A DNA stretch of 64,000 bases from an uncultured Verrucomicrobiae bacterium. GTDB taxonomy: Bacteria; Verrucomicrobiota; Verrucomicrobiia; Chthoniobacterales; JAATET01. The stretch is from the NCBI GenBank assembly GCA_963719495.1, contig CAVRCI010000002.1:32001-96000 (forward strand). The letters run 5' to 3'. Below the pieces are notes generated by a model, which was not told where the DNA came from, did not search any database, and saw only the letters and a program-made list of their open reading frames with translations. A program made the position numbers and the translations under genes. Each line of letters starts with the position of its first letter. Positions within the stretch are counted from its first letter, which is position 1. Below, one piece after another: positions 53,732 through 63,502 of the stretch.

Positions 53732-53845
53732 CGTCAAGCTCAGCCACCCTGAACGGGCGATCTGAGGCTACTGATGATCAACTGCCGGTAGAAGGTCCGC
53801 GCAACCCCAGGAGCGAAGCGGATAGGGGTTGGCTGCAGCGCCTTG

Positions 53846-54396
53846 TTAGGCACTTTCCTGATCTGATGAAGTGTAGGGAGCTTTGTCAACGCCATAACTG
53901 GTGTATCGAAGAATCTTGAAATGTGCCACGAGAGAGATGAGCAATAGAAGCGAGGCACCGGGCGGTTGCTCTTCACCAGCAATTGCAACCTTGACTACGA
54001 ACCACCCCACGTAGGCGACAAATGAGATAAGAATGGCCAAAATCCAGTGGAGAGGCCGACGGATGAAACAAAAGCGGATCGTAATGACAGACCGAGAAAA
54101 TATACAACAGCCAAAATGCTGCCGATTGAATAGCTGTATCCCGGCGCGATTGGTATAAATATGCCAAGGATGTCAATAGCGACGGCAAGAGCCAGTAGTG
54201 AAAATATGATGGGGTATCGATGGATCAGCGGGAAACGAACATCTCGGTGTTGCTGACTCACGCTTGAACTGGTATCTGCGATACTTGCTTCGTGAGAGAA
54301 GGTTTCCCGAGGGTCCTCGTAGCACTTCTCACAATATACGTGGTTCGCGTCTCCCCAGTTTACTCGGGTGTTCTTGTTGCATGACTCGCATTTCAT
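53846..54396 (-). pseudogene. Zn-finger/membrane protein, probably frameshifted near 54050
   Basis: The MKCESC...YCEKC ORF overlaps a second hydrophobic frame that ends at R''. Confidence 0.55.
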
Positions 54397-54528
54397 AATA
54401 TTAAGCCTAACGTCAAGCTCAGCCACCCTGAACGGGAGTTCGGATTTGACTGGTGATCATCTGCCCGTGGTGGGTGGCGCAACCCAGCCGCGAAGCGGCT
54501 AAGGGTTGGCTGCAGCGCCTTGTTCGGC

Positions 54529-54972
54529 TCACCGGATGCGACTAGCTGTCACAATTTCGTCGTCGTCTGTATTGATCAGCTTTGTATCGAAAACGTCTTC
54601 AACAATAGTAATATCCGAAAGAGGGAGCCATAGGCTTGCGTCAATTTGGTCCAAGATGTCGACTTTCCACACGCTTCCATCGTCGAGAACGATGACAGAT
54701 CCGTCTGACGCTACTTCAGATATCCAATACGAGCTTGAGGCGAGTCTTTGGATAGGTCGGCTCCGAGGCGGAGCGGGACTGGTATGCGGTGGACTATAGG
54801 TGCGTTGTGTGAAGTGTGCATTTGGATCGGGTCCGGGATCCGACGACCATCCGGTTTCTCGCTTTATTCTTAAGGCATTCGCGTTGTGTTCTGCGATTTG
54901 TTCGCGCGTCATGCTGCTGCAACCTACGCTTGCTGAAAGAACTAAATAAATAATATGTCGGTGCATAGACAA
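54529..54972 (-). CDS. Putative lipoprotein
   Basis: SVGC lipobox-like sequence; IVLDDGSVWKV. Confidence 0.7.
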   Translation of the reverse strand: MSMHRHIIYLVLSASVGCSSMTREQIAEHNANALRIKRETGWSSDPGPDPNAHFTQRTYSPPHTSPAPPRSRPIQRLASSSYWISEVASDGSVIVLDDGSVWKVDILDQIDASLWLPLSDITIVEDVFDTKLINTDDDEIVTASRIR

Positions 54973-55042
54973 CTGAGTGAATTTGGAATTTGTGATTAGG
55001 ATCGTCAGATCTGTGGTAATTTCACTTTTTTTGTATGCCGAA

Positions 55043-55438
55043 CGTCAAGCTCAACCACCCTGAGCGGGTAACCGAGCCAACCCCCAGGTGAGCTGCCAAT
55101 AGCGGGACCGAGCAACCCCAGCCAGCGAAGCGGCTAGGGGTTGGCTGCAGCGCCTTGTTCGGATCCGCATGTTCGTGGTCCCGTCGGATCTAAAATCTGC
55201 AACCTTGCTCGCCGCCATGCCGATTGATGATCGGGCCATACCAGCGAGTCAGACCGACGCGCTTTGCTACGGAAATTGACGTCGAATGGACTGCGCAAAA
55301 ATACCTTGGTTTGGGCTTCCTGCCACGCAAATCAGCCCCATTGTGGACACCTTCCGAATACACCAATTCTATACAAAGCAAATTACGAACGATCTTTTTT
55401 GCAATTCGGGCGTCCAGAAACAGGGGCATAGGTCCGAA
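55043..55438 (-). other. Family C cassette
   Basis: Repeat copy. Confidence 0.75.
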
Positions 55439-55567
55439 CGTAAAGCTCAGCCACCCTGAGCGGGAAGCCGAGCCAACCCTTAGGTGAGCTGCCGATAGCG
55501 GGACCGAGCAACCCCAGCCAGCGAAGCGGCTAGGGGTTGGCTGCAGCGCCTTGTTCGGCTGTATCTA

Positions 55568-56029
55568 TTACCGCAATATCGTATGCGGAGCGTCATCGCC
55601 GTCGACGCTTTGGGCGGGAAGGTCCTCATCGAAATGAGTCTCTTCATGATTTGTATTCATTCGAACGCGAACGCAATTTGTTAGCGTCGCTTTTGATAGG
55701 GTAATTCCGACATCTGAGATGCTTTGACGGAGGTGAAGCAACAGAAAGAGAATAGGCCCATATTCTCCTTCATCGTAGTTTTGGGGATCGATATCGTCGG
55801 GTAGTTCAAATTGCAACAGAAGAGGTCCGGTGTAGAGCGGACCTATGGTGCGAGGGCAATCTTTCAAGAGAACGATGCTCGGCGGCATTGATCGCAAATA
55901 TGAGAACCACCCTTGGCCGACCGAATCGAAATCCAGGAGATTCACTTTGACTTGGATTGAAGGACGGAGTGAAGGAATGAATCTATCCAAATAAGGACGA
56001 AGCTTCCGATGAAGCAATGCGGGAAACAT
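55568..56029 (-). CDS. Hypothetical protein
   Basis: Fills the cassette. Confidence 0.7.
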   Translation of the reverse strand: MFPALLHRKLRPYLDRFIPSLRPSIQVKVNLLDFDSVGQGWFSYLRSMPPSIVLLKDCPRTIGPLYTGPLLLQFELPDDIDPQNYDEGEYGPILFLLLHLRQSISDVGITLSKATLTNCVRVRMNTNHEETHFDEDLPAQSVDGDDAPHTILR

Positions 56030-56134
56030 AAATTTAAAGCCGAACGTCAAGCTCTGCCACCCCGAACGGGCGACCGAACAGCGGAACGCAGTTCCGCCAA
56101 ACAGCGGGTTCGAGTTTGGTGTGACATCAAGAGG

Positions 56135-56701
56135 CTAGGGGTTGGCTGCAGCGCCTTGTTCGGGCTTCATTTTTTTGTTTTCTTTAATGATGATTGTCGA
56201 AGAAGGCGGAGTGTACGGAACGGCGCTTGTCTCAATTCTGAACGTCACTTGGAAAAAGTTTTTCGGAGGGTTCGGACCAAACGTCCAAATTCGGTAAAAC
56301 CAAGAATCTGAGTTTGAGGTAGTTCTCTGAGCTAGCCGACTTCCTTCAGGAAAATCAATGAAAGCATTTCCGGCAACATTCCCTTCTGAAGACAGATTGA
56401 AAATTAAGCGGTTGGGAACATGAGTCTGTGCATCCTGAAAAAGGAAAATTCGGATTCGATAGTTTTTGGCAGGCGGATTCAGATACGGCGTCACGTCTTG
56501 TTTAATAACTCGTCCTTCTTTGGCTTTTATCTCTGCGACCAATCGGGGATAGGTCGTGCCATCCAGAGCAAGGTCAGCGCAGAAAGGAACAACGCCGAGT
56601 GCCGATGCGAGTTTCTCAGTTTTTACGACTTGCTGTCTAATCTCCTGCGCAAAACATGACCCGAATAAAAAGCCTGTAGATACAAGAATTGAAATACGCA
56701 T
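56135..56701 (-). CDS. Hypothetical secreted protein
   Basis: Signal peptide; stop inside the attC. Confidence 0.75.
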   Translation of the reverse strand: MRISILVSTGFLFGSCFAQEIRQQVVKTEKLASALGVVPFCADLALDGTTYPRLVAEIKAKEGRVIKQDVTPYLNPPAKNYRIRIFLFQDAQTHVPNRLIFNLSSEGNVAGNAFIDFPEGSRLAQRTTSNSDSWFYRIWTFGPNPPKNFFQVTFRIETSAVPYTPPSSTIIIKENKKMKPEQGAAANP

Positions 56702-56717
56702 TTGTATTATGCCCGAA

Positions 56718-57182
56718 CGTCAAGCTCAGCCACCCTGAGCGGGGTAACGAACGTCTAGGTAAGGTGTTTGCCGGATGGGAATCGGTCGGCCAAGGCTTGC
56801 CTCAGGCCGGCTAGGGGTTGGCTGCAGCGCTTTGTTCGTCGGAAGAGGTGACTGCATAGTGGAGGACCCGATCGTCCGACAGGCCGACGATGGTCAAATC
56901 TAGCAAGCGGCTTCGTCAGAGCATTCAGTAGAAGAGGCTTCTGAGGTCCAGATTGACTCCGCATTATAAATATATTGCTCGTGACAAGAGAAGGGCGAAA
57001 CGGATCCTGAATGGTTCTACTCATTCCGCGTGAGCGCCCCAAGCGTGCATGGCAGGCGAATAATCGTTGGCGTCGAATCGGGAGTGATCAATGGACAACC
57101 AGCATCGTGCTTAACCGTATGCCGAAGGGAATCGATCAATACTGAACTTTCCCTTGATCTCAACTCCAATAAATCAGGCGAA
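56718..57182 (-). other. Family A cassette
   Basis: Repeat copy. Confidence 0.8.
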
Positions 57183-57272
57183 CGTCAAGTTCAGCTACCC
57201 TGAACGGGTAACCGAATTTGTCTGGTGATCTTCTGGAAATTGTGGGTCCGCGCAACCCCAAGAGCGAAGCGG

Positions 57273-57743
57273 CTAGGGGTTGGCTGCAGCGCCTTGTTCG
57301 GTGGTATTTATGATGTTTTCAGGTATGCGCTTTCCCATGCTGACACGCTCCTCAGACGTATAACCTAACGAAGTGTAAAAGCCTTGGACGCTCTCATTGG
57401 ATTGCATGATCTGAAGATTGATTTTCATGCAGCCGAGACCCGTAAGAACGCGCTCTGCTTCGTGGACCAACGCGGATCCAACCTTATTATGGCGATGCGA
57501 CGGTAAAACGGCGAGGGAATAGAGCCAACCGCGATGTCCATCGTAGCCAGCCATAATACTTCCGATGACCGTTGCCTCGGAAAGCGCGATAAAGAACAGG
57601 CCATCTTTTATTGCGAGTTTCTTATGAATAACGAGATCGGGATCGTTGTGAGAAGTCTCGTAGCGAAACACCACTCTCCAAAGAGCGGTTACTCCGGCGC
57701 GATGGACCGATTCGTTAAACGGGGCGATGATGTGGAAATGCAT
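57273..57743 (-). CDS. GNAT acetyltransferase (YpeA-like)
   Basis: MAGYDGHRGWLYSLAV...GCMKINLQI...FYTSLGY. Confidence 0.9.
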   Translation of the reverse strand: MHFHIIAPFNESVHRAGVTALWRVVFRYETSHNDPDLVIHKKLAIKDGLFFIALSEATVIGSIMAGYDGHRGWLYSLAVLPSHRHNKVGSALVHEAERVLTGLGCMKINLQIMQSNESVQGFYTSLGYTSEERVSMGKRIPENIINTTEQGAAANP

Positions 57744-57898
57744 TTGTTATTATCACCGAACGTCAAGCTCAGCCACCCTGAGCGGGCAAACAAGCCAACC
57801 CCCAGGTGAGCTGCCGATTGCGTGACCGAGCAACCCCAGCCAGCGAAGCGGCTAGGGGTTGGCTGCAGCGCCTTGTTAGCCCTGTATTGAATTTATTC

Positions 57899-58261
57899 TC
57901 ATATCGGAAGAATTCGAACACGAGTGCGATTTGGAAGAATTGTAACGATGGCACCTTTTTCGAGTTGTTCGGAAAATGAATCTATTACTGTCAGAACTGT
58001 TGATCCGAGCGCTTCGGGCGTGATATCGTCAACGCGAGCTTGAATGACGCTGGGCTTGTGGGCGTGGGAATGAGCAAGCAGGGTTCCAAAGTCGAGATCG
58101 TGTGTTAAAATTACGAGGTTCTCAGCTCGAGCATGTTCGAAAATCACATGGTCCTTCGCATTCCGGGGTCCAACAGACGACCAGTGGAATGAATGAATCT
58201 TGTTTTGGCTGAAGAATGGGATCCATTCTTCGGGTAGGCACACGTCGACGAGAATTGTCAT
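57899..58261 (-). CDS. DUF5615 PIN-like toxin
   Basis: ILVDVCLP...LTHDLDFG...RVRILPI. Confidence 0.85.
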   Translation of the reverse strand: MTILVDVCLPEEWIPFFSQNKIHSFHWSSVGPRNAKDHVIFEHARAENLVILTHDLDFGTLLAHSHAHKPSVIQARVDDITPEALGSTVLTVIDSFSEQLEKGAIVTILPNRTRVRILPI

Positions 58262-58482
58262 GCAGCCTGTAGTTCTGCATCATAGGCCTCCGCGAGCCAG
58301 GTAGCGTATGAGAGCGCTGCGGAAATATCCTCAGCTTCCAGAAAAGGATACATGCCAAGTACCTTGGCTCGGTCGTGACCGGCGGCAATTAACCCTGTAA
58401 TCGTGCCGACAGTTATCCGCATGTTCCGAATACAGGGCTTTCCACCCATCAACGCTGGATCTCTTGTGATACGCTCGTGCAT
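58258..58482 (-). CDS. DUF433 antitoxin
   Basis: DPALMGGKPCIRNMRITV. Confidence 0.9.
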   Translation of the reverse strand: MHERITRDPALMGGKPCIRNMRITVGTITGLIAAGHDRAKVLGMYPFLEAEDISAALSYATWLAEAYDAELQAA

Positions 58483-58663
58483 GCCGGAACGTAGAACATT
58501 GCCCATGCTGCGACAACAGCAATTTATGGGCTAACGTCAAGCTCAGCCACCCTGAGCGGGCAATCAAGCCAACCCTGAGGTGAGCTGCCGGTAAGGGGTT
58601 CGAGCAACCCCAGCCAGCGAAGCGGCTAGGGGTTGGCTGCAGCGCCTTGTTAGCTCTGTATCG

Positions 58664-58984
58664 CTATTGTAAATCGAGAGAAAAACGGAGTGCATTCTTT
58701 ACCGCTTCCATTTGATCCTGCGAAAGAGACCCAAGCCGTCGGCCGAATTCGTGGTGCTGGATCGCCTGCAATCCTTGAGTGTTCACGAAACTGTAGCGAT
58801 CAAGGAATCGTTGCTTCCCGATATCGACTTCGTATTTGCTCTCTCTTGAGTTTGTGGTGATAGGAGCGCAGATGGATAATGCTCGTGGGGCGTCGGGATC
58901 ACGACGTGAAACGATGAGCATCGGTCGGGGCTTCGCAGCTATCCCAAGGTCAACTAGGTAGATTTCACCCGGACTAGTCGTCAT
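58664..58984 (-). CDS. mazF: MazF/PemK-family toxin
   Basis: GEIYLVDLG...KPRPMLIVS...APITT. Confidence 0.85.
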   Translation of the reverse strand: MTTSPGEIYLVDLGIAAKPRPMLIVSRRDPDAPRALSICAPITTNSRESKYEVDIGKQRFLDRYSFVNTQGLQAIQHHEFGRRLGSLSQDQMEAVKNALRFSLDLQ

Positions 58985-59210
58985 ACAATGAGTCCAACGT
59001 CGCCGCACGGATGGCGACCGGTAGAAGAATGTCGGAATTGTCCTCTTTCACTCGGAGATCGAAGGGCAATCCTCGATGAATCCGAACTTGGTGAAGAAAA
59101 ATACGAATGGCTTCTGTAGTTGTGAGACCGAGTTCTCCCAAGATTTGCTCTGAATCCTGCTTCAGACGGTCGTCCACTCTTGCGCGAACATACGATTCTT
59201 TGAGTGCCAT
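58974..59210 (-). CDS. RelB/DinJ-family antitoxin
   Basis: VRARVDDRLK...LGLTTTEAIRIFL...GLPFDL. Confidence 0.85.
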   Translation of the reverse strand: MALKESYVRARVDDRLKQDSEQILGELGLTTTEAIRIFLHQVRIHRGLPFDLRVKEDNSDILLPVAIRAATLDSLYDD

Positions 59211-59379
59211 GTCCGAATGTAGTTCTGGCGTGCTACGGAGGTCAAGCTGAATGTCATGAGCTAACGTCAAGCTCAGCCACCCCGAACGGGCAATCAAGCC
59301 AACCCTGAGGTGAGCTGCCAAAAGCGGGAACGAGCAACCCCAGCCAGCGAAGCGGCTAGGGGTTGGCTGCAGCGCCTTG

Positions 59380-59841
59380 TTAGGCGAATTCTTTACTCAT
59401 TCGAATGCTCGTGGGTTCAAACTGAGCTTTCCTGTATAGATTCATTGCTGCTGAATTTCTTGGGAAGACGCTTAATGAAATACGATTGACGCCGTGCTCG
59501 CGCGAATATGCTTCGGCAGACTGCAATGATTTATAGCCGAACCCTCTCTTGCGAAAGGATTCTTTTATCAAAAGATCTAGTATAAACGCCTCCTTTCCCG
59601 TTGGACGATCAATAAAGGTGAGCCAAATATAACCGATTGCATCAGGTGAATTCTTTATTCGTATTGAGAGAAGATGTTGATTGTCAGATTCCTGTCCGTC
59701 CGGAAGGAGCTTTTCAATCTGAGCCTTTGCAATTTCTGCCGATGGCCATGTCCCATCTCGTCCGTCTGTTGTGAAGTCGTTCAGTGCATACTCCATATAG
59801 TCGCGAAATTCGGTTGGAGTCATTTGGAGCAAGGCGATCAT
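59380..59841 (-). CDS. GNAT acetyltransferase
   Basis: FRKRGFG...ISLSVFPRNSAAMNLYRK. Confidence 0.9.
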   Translation of the reverse strand: MIALLQMTPTEFRDYMEYALNDFTTDGRDGTWPSAEIAKAQIEKLLPDGQESDNQHLLSIRIKNSPDAIGYIWLTFIDRPTGKEAFILDLLIKESFRKRGFGYKSLQSAEAYSREHGVNRISLSVFPRNSAAMNLYRKAQFEPTSIRMSKEFA

Positions 59842-59983
59842 CTGTGTATTTGTATGCCTAACGTCAAGCTCAGCCACCCTGAGCGGGCAATCAAGCCAAC
59901 CCTGAGGTGAGCTGCCAATAGCTGGTCCGAGCAATCCCAGCCAGCGAAGCGGCCAGGGGTTGGCTGCAGCGCCTTGTTAGGCC

Positions 59984-60316
59984 TCAGGCTATCTCTACAA
60001 TTGGTTCGCCTGATTCAAGTAAACGAAGTGCCTCGTTAAGCTGAAAAGCCAGTTTTGATTTCAGCGTGGCTTCGGAGGTATTGCCACAGGTAAGCCAAAT
60101 GACCTTGGGTGGCGGTCCAAATCGTTCGACAAGATCGATGAAATCTCGATCTTTACTCATGATTATTGTTCCCGGCACCCGCGCTGCATCAAATATGTTG
60201 ATGTCCGGCGAATCTCGCATCTGGAGATCTCTTATCGGATAGGCTTCGATCAGGAATGTTTCTCGAATCCATCTGGCAACGCGAGGCGAGATGTGTGCAT
60301 CCACCCAAATCGTCAC
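59984..60316 (-). CDS. DUF5615 PIN-like toxin
   Basis: IWVDAHISP...SKDRDF...GPPPKVIWLTCGNTS. Confidence 0.9.
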   Translation of the reverse strand: MTIWVDAHISPRVARWIRETFLIEAYPIRDLQMRDSPDINIFDAARVPGTIIMSKDRDFIDLVERFGPPPKVIWLTCGNTSEATLKSKLAFQLNEALRLLESGEPIVEIA

Positions 60317-60531
60317 GCCGCGAGTATCGGATGGTCAACGCGCTGACGAGCGAACAAAAGACTAGCCGTAATGTCGTCGGGTTCCAAATCGGGGAGTTCG
60401 TCGAGAATCTGCGCGGATGACAACCCGTTGGCGAGTAAGTCAAGGACATCGGTTACCCGTATTCTCATGCCCCGAATGCACGGACGACCTCCGCATTTCC
60501 CGGCTTCTGATGTGATGCGATCACTTGTCAT
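60313..60531 (-). CDS. DUF433 antitoxin
   Basis: CGGRPCIRGMRIRVTDVLDLLA. Confidence 0.9.
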   Translation of the reverse strand: MTSDRITSEAGKCGGRPCIRGMRIRVTDVLDLLANGLSSAQILDELPDLEPDDITASLLFARQRVDHPILAA

Positions 60532-60540
60532 GCTTCGACG

Positions 60541-60569
60541 AGATTACTTCGGCGGGATACGCTAGTCAA
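60541..60569 (-). promoter_or_regulatory. Putative sigma70 promoter
   Basis: TTGACT-N17-TAATCT-N9-ATG. Confidence 0.6.
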
Positions 60570-60697
60570 TTGTTTCATGGCCTAACGTCAAGCTCAGCCA
60601 CCCTGAGCGGGCGACCGAGCTTGTCTGGTGTGAACTGCCATCTGCGCGTTTCTCAACCCCAGCCGCAATGCGGCTAGGGGTTGGCTGCAGCGCCTTG

Positions 60698-61273
60698 TTA
60701 GGGCCGTATTTCTTGTCTGAGCCTAGTGATTGCCGCACGAATTTGAGCCTTGCGTTCAGATGGCAATGGATATGGGAACAAAGCATGACGACCTGTTGCC
60801 ATCGATAGCGCCATTTCAACGTCGTCTAAAAACTTTGTCTGTTCCTCTCTTGATAAACTCGGCAAAATTCGGTTTACGATATCTGGACAGCGATCAAATA
60901 ACGCTAAAGCCAGCCGTTTCCACGGTGGCCAAATACCAGCCGTCATTTTTATTTGAAACGTTAAAAGTGTCATGGCTACTTGATCGTCAGGATAATCTTT
61001 CAAATATTCAGATGCTTTTGCGATTTCTTGTCCAGATACAGCTTCTTGAAACTCAATTATTAGATGGTCCTCGACATTACCGGGTGAAGTTTGTCTTTCT
61101 GTCAAATATGTTTGGACTTCGATAATGGAAATAGCGCGTCGATACGTGTTTAGAACGTCAGTTCGAGGGTCGCTAACGTCAATCAGTTTGCCAGCTGCTG
61201 GCTTCCATGCATCAGCCGTATAGATAAACGCAGCGCAAGCTACTATAGTGGAGAATTTTTGGGTGATGTGCAT
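60698..61273 (-). CDS. Hypothetical secreted protein
   Basis: Fills the cassette; signal peptide. Confidence 0.7.
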   Translation of the reverse strand: MHITQKFSTIVACAAFIYTADAWKPAAGKLIDVSDPRTDVLNTYRRAISIIEVQTYLTERQTSPGNVEDHLIIEFQEAVSGQEIAKASEYLKDYPDDQVAMTLLTFQIKMTAGIWPPWKRLALALFDRCPDIVNRILPSLSREEQTKFLDDVEMALSMATGRHALFPYPLPSERKAQIRAAITRLRQEIRP

Positions 61274-61406
61274 GATGTATTTTTGTGCCCTAACGTCAAG
61301 CTCAGCCACCCCGAACGGGCGTTGAGCGGAGCAACGCAGTTGCGCCACACAGCGGATACAAGTTTGGTGTGACAGTAGGCGGCTAGGGGTTGGCTGCAGC
61401 GCCTTG

Positions 61407-61649
61407 TTAGCTCCGTATTGTATCGCGTTCTTCAGGCTCGATATCGGGAACCGACTCCAAAATCGACAGGAGGCTGCCTGCCGAGCCTTGATCAGCTCGG
61501 GTCTTGAGGTAATCGACGGTCTTCAGGCAAGAGATTTTCTCTGCGAGAGCCAATGAAATGAACTGATTGATTGAGACACCGTCTTCCTTCGCCAGATTTT
61601 TGATCTCACGGTGGATTGAAGTGGGTAGGCGAACGCTTAAAGTAGACAT
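61407..61649 (-). CDS. RHH/HicB-like antitoxin
   Basis: LSVRLPTSIH...DGVSINQFI...AEKIS. Confidence 0.8.
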   Translation of the reverse strand: MSTLSVRLPTSIHREIKNLAKEDGVSINQFISLALAEKISCLKTVDYLKTRADQGSAGSLLSILESVPDIEPEERDTIRS

Positions 61650-61650
61650 T

Positions 61651-62058
61651 TTATAGTTGGGTTAGTAGCTCTGCTGCATCAATGACTTGTAATCCGAATG
61701 ATCGAGCTGGGATAAAATGGTTCAGATTGTAGGTGATCAAGTGAGTTGCGGATGCCGCGACCGCAAGCTCAAGAAATGACTCGTCACTTGGATCAATGAG
61801 CGTAGGTCGCCATGTGAAATAGATCTTTTGGTGGATTGAAATCGCGCAAATGTCTGCGAGGAACTGAGAGATTTGTGACTGGGTTAATGAGGGCACCATA
61901 CCGGGCCGACCGAGAACATCCTCGTATTCTAAAAATGTCGCGACCGATAGGGCCATGGTCAGCTGGCCTTCAGCGATTAGACGTAGGACCTTGTTCGACG
62001 CTCCCCTGCGAGAACGAAGGGCAGAAACGATGACGTTGGTGTCGATGACAAGATGCAC
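61651..62058 (-). CDS. PIN-family toxin
   Basis: VIDTNVIVSALRS...DPSDESFLELAVA...ITYN. Confidence 0.9.
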   Translation of the reverse strand: MHLVIDTNVIVSALRSRRGASNKVLRLIAEGQLTMALSVATFLEYEDVLGRPGMVPSLTQSQISQFLADICAISIHQKIYFTWRPTLIDPSDESFLELAVAASATHLITYNLNHFIPARSFGLQVIDAAELLTQL

Positions 62059-62118
62059 ATGCGATACCGTATGTGATACCGCTTCATGCGCAACTCTTTT
62101 TATGAGCTAACGTCAAGC

Positions 62119-62907
62119 TCAGCCACCCTGAACGGGCGAGCGAGTTTGTCTGGTGATCTTCTGGAAGTTGACGGTCCGCGCAACCCCAAGAGCGAAGCGG
62201 CTAGGGGTTGGCTGCAGCGCCTTGTTAGCCTGTATTGCATTTCTGATAAAGAACCCTAGAAAAGCCAAGAAAAAGTAGCCGACGATCTGTGGCTCCGGAA
62301 TAATTACGATGGATTCAAGGCTGTATGCCGTCCCATTCGGAATACTAAAGAACCATCGAGTTTCGTAAATTGTTCGCAACTCGCTCATTGTGCTTTCAGT
62401 GCTCACGTAGTCGGAGAGGGCAAGCCGGAAGGTGGTGGTCTCAGCGGGAATTGTAGGTCGATAAATCAAGGTGCCATCGATCGCCCGCAAAGCAATGGTT
62501 GCGTTGATGTCGCTCATCGGCGCGTTTCTGAAGGTGATAACGATCTCGCCAAGATTCGAGTAATACGTCGACAGATCTAAATATGGGCCGGAAAACTCAG
62601 AATCGTGATAGAGTCCTAAAACTCCAGAGGTATCGGAGCCCGAAGTGGAAAGAGCGAGAGCGCCGTTTGATAGATTGGCCGAGATGCTTCGAGCATCGAC
62701 AGGTCTATTCTCAATCGAGACGAACATGGTCCGCTGATCAAATAGAGTTGATGGGGCTGAATCGGTTCCTGAGAAGGTGGTAGTAGAGCCAAAATTGGCA
62801 ACGAGTGGCTGCGTCCGCGTTGTGGCAGTGAAGTCATCAATTATGATGGAAGCCTGCCCCGCCGATATAATTGAAAGAAACGCGAGAAGTTGAATGAGTT
62901 TTTTCAT
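62119..62907 (-). CDS. PEP-CTERM-type secreted protein that reads through its attC
   Basis: Signal peptide; IPEP followed by a hydrophobic helix and a basic residue; attC-encoded tail. Confidence 0.75.
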   Translation of the reverse strand: MKKLIQLLAFLSIISAGQASIIIDDFTATTRTQPLVANFGSTTTFSGTDSAPSTLFDQRTMFVSIENRPVDARSISANLSNGALALSTSGSDTSGVLGLYHDSEFSGPYLDLSTYYSNLGEIVITFRNAPMSDINATIALRAIDGTLIYRPTIPAETTTFRLALSDYVSTESTMSELRTIYETRWFFSIPNGTAYSLESIVIIPEPQIVGYFFLAFLGFFIRNAIQANKALQPTPSRFALGVARTVNFQKITRQTRSPVQGG

Positions 62908-63046
62908 GAATTATAGGCTAACGTTAAGCTCAGCCACCCTGAGCGGGCGACCGAGCGAACCCCCGGGTGAGCTGCCAATAGCGGGACCGAGCAACCCCAG
63001 CCAGCGAAGCGGCTAGGGGTTGGCTGCAGCGCCTTGTTCGGCTGTA

Positions 63047-63502
63047 TTATTCGTCTTGCACAACCTGATCTCTCGACGACACCTCAAGTAATTTCTGGAC
63101 CATTGCGATGATCTCAGTGACTTTATTCAAAATGTCAAAGTGTGACGCTAGGCTGCCAAGAATTATGTTCATGATATCGAGAGCATCGCGGAGAAGTTCC
63201 TTTCCACCCAACCGATGAAATAAGCTTGCTGCCTTATCGAAGGCTTTTAGCTTGAAGGTGAGATCAGCTGATTCAGCTTTTAGCCCAACACTTTCTAGGA
63301 CCTCAGGCGGAATATTTTGCGTAACCTCAGCGGATGCTAGGTCTAAGATGGTGGAACTTCGTTTCAGTGCATTTTGTGTAGTTGATCGAATATCCGATGA
63401 AAATAGGATGTAATTCGCCATGTTGGCTCGGTAGAGGATATGGGAGGATTTCGAAAGGAATTCAGAGAGATCTTTCGTTGGCTCGGTTAGTTTTAGGTCC
63501 AT
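63047..63502 (-). CDS. Hypothetical protein
   Basis: Fills the 3' part of the cassette. Confidence 0.7.
   Translation of the reverse strand: MDLKLTEPTKDLSEFLSKSSHILYRANMANYILFSSDIRSTTQNALKRSSTILDLASAEVTQNIPPEVLESVGLKAESADLTFKLKAFDKAASLFHRLGGKELLRDALDIMNIILGSLASHFDILNKVTEIIAMVQKLLEVSSRDQVVQDE

Noticed and set aside
4023..57042. 95-aa 'MGRSRG...' ORF in family A as a real gene
   Set aside because: It starts mid-cassette, has its last ~27 codons in the attC, is absent from the ORF track for the 8621 and 10119 copies, and varies at many amino acids; not fully excluded
57273..59841. GNAT cassettes as antibiotic-resistance genes
   Set aside because: Generic GNAT motifs only; nothing supports an AAC-type assignment
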